A DNA stretch of 64,000 bases from Macrostomum lignano (Eukaryota). A model generated the notes under the pieces. That model saw only the letters and a program-made list of their open reading frames with translations. It did no database searches and was not told the DNA's origin. Made by a program: the position numbers and the translations under genes. Below, one piece after another: positions 62,480-64,000 of this stretch. Where the stretch lies: the NCBI GenBank assembly GCA_002269645.1, contig NIVC01001014.1:284565-348564 (forward strand), given 5' to 3'. Numbering within the stretch: position 1 is the first letter of the stretch; each line of letters begins with the position of its first letter.

Positions 62480-63150
62480 AGTGAAGGTTGAAGGTAAGGT
62501 AAAGGTGAATGTTAAGGTGAGTCAGGATGAGTTAAGGTGAGTCAAGAGGAGTTAAGGTGAGTCAGAATGGGTTAAGGTGAGTCAGAATGGGTTAAGGTGA
62601 TTCAGGATGATTTAAAGTGAGTCAGGATGCGTTAAGGTGATTCAGGATGATTTAAGGTGAGTCAGGATGGGTTAAGGTGAGTCAGGATGGGTTAAGGTGA
62701 GTCAGAGTGAGTTAAGGTGAGTCAGGATGAGTTAAGGTGAGTCAGAGTGAGTTAAGGTGAGTCAGGATGAGTTAAGGTGAGTCAGGATGGGTTAAGGTGA
62801 GTCAGGATGAGTTAAGGTGAGTCAGGATGGGTTAAGGTGAGTCAGGATGAGTTAAGGTGAGTCAGGATGGGTTAAGGTGAGTCAGGATGAGTTAAGGTGA
62901 GTCAGAGTGAGTTAAGGTGAGTCAGGATGAGTTAAGGTGAGTCAGGATGGGTTAAGGTGAGTCAGGATGAGTTAAGGTGAGTCAGGATGGGTTAAGGTGA
63001 GTCAGGATGAGTTAAGGTGAGTCAGGATGGGTTAAGGTGAGTCAGGATGAGTTAAGGTGAGTCAGAGTGAGTTAAGGTGAGTCAGGATGAGTTAAGGTGA
63101 GTCAGGATGGGTTAAGGTGAGTCAGGATGGGTTAAGGTGAGTCAGGATGA
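62480..63150. repeat. 20-bp minisatellite (GTTAAGGTGAGTCAGGATG[A/G]) directly after the TAL stop codon
   Basis: About 30 units. Confidence 0.96.
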
Positions 63151-64000
63151 GTCCGACTGAGTCTATGTGAGGGTGTTCACTCTAATGCAACAGAAGAGTA
63201 TAGTCACTTTAGGCAGCCACAATACTGTAAATAAATTTTTATACACAAGTTTTATCCAAAGCTTTACGAGCTACCTGCACCAATTAAAGCGCACTGATAA
63301 GCAACCAAATTTTTTAATTTTTAATTAAAGCCATAATCTTAAACTTCCTGTACATGCCAACATCTTGAAAAAAAGAATTTTGCAATAATTCTTTTCTTGT
63401 AAATAAAAGTAAACTAAGGCGGCTCTGTGCTTATTGATGTTTGTCTGGAGTCCAGAGGTTTATTATTTTGCTCTTAGCTAATCTGGCATCTTACCAAACA
63501 GTTTCTTAAACCGATTCCTTTAATCGATTGTTTTGAGTAAGTTGGTGATAAAATTTAAAACTGCGATTGTCAAAGCAACCAATCTAAAATCAGTTAATTA
63601 TATGAAGCAGAAAAATCATCACATCGATAAAAAATTAGGATTTACAAAATTTAGCCAGGAAACAGTAAGTAGGTAGCATTAATATTGTAGTTGCAACTAT
63701 TTAAATTAATGATAACATTACAATAGGAAAATCATATAAATGACTAATTATAAATACCGCAAGCAGACGGTCGGAAGTTAACATTAACGTCGTTTGTAGC
63801 GACGCAACAAAATTTTAGTTGGTGTCTTTCCTGGTTAAATTCACCCAATTTTTTGTGAAGATTTTGTACAAACTAGCACCAATGGGGAGGGATTTTCGGT
63901 CGGGTCCAGGGGTGGGTCAGAAGCAGGTCAAGGCAGGTCACAAGTCAGAAGTCACGCGTAGGGGTTCAGGTCAGTCACACTCGTCGCTTGATGCCGAAAT

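Noticed and set aside
63880-64000. Cluster of AGGTCA-like nuclear-receptor half sites
   Set aside because: Truncated by the window edge, irregular spacing, and could be the start of another repeat or gene end.

Overview
Intron-rich eukaryotic (metazoan) genomic DNA. An EF-hand/dynein-light-chain (TAL-type) gene points to a flatworm; GC-rich exons in AT-rich, minisatellite-packed introns suggest a Macrostomum-like genome (inference, no database check). Genes reconstructed by hand with splice phases: 14-3-3 epsilon (-), UBE2H (-) head-to-head with a paxillin-family LD/4xLIM gene (+), an orphan single-pass membrane protein (-), a cryptic 3-exon secreted 10-Cys Ly6/uPAR (three-finger)-like gene that the ORF track misses (-), a divergent mitochondrial malate dehydrogenase (+), an intronless PAN + C-type lectin (-), an intronless S10 serine carboxypeptidase whose GPI-type tail lies in another frame (-), and a TAL protein (+). 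Mobile DNA: a 5'-truncated RT-RNase H LINE, two copies of a tRNA-derived SINE, a CORE-SINE-like remnant, and seven non-autonomous TIR elements delimited by target-site duplications. Three of these are nested inside each other in 14-3-3 intron 1, and two share CCATAG termini with 8-bp TSDs. About one third of the window is about 30 different tandem arrays (units 4-61 bp). No CRISPR array, rRNA or intact tRNA was found. No single new multi-gene system is demonstrated; the strongest leads are the hidden three-finger gene, the nested/CCATAG transposons, the frame-shifted GPI tail, the SINE-LINE 3' motif and the splice-site/AP-1 array behind the TAL gene.
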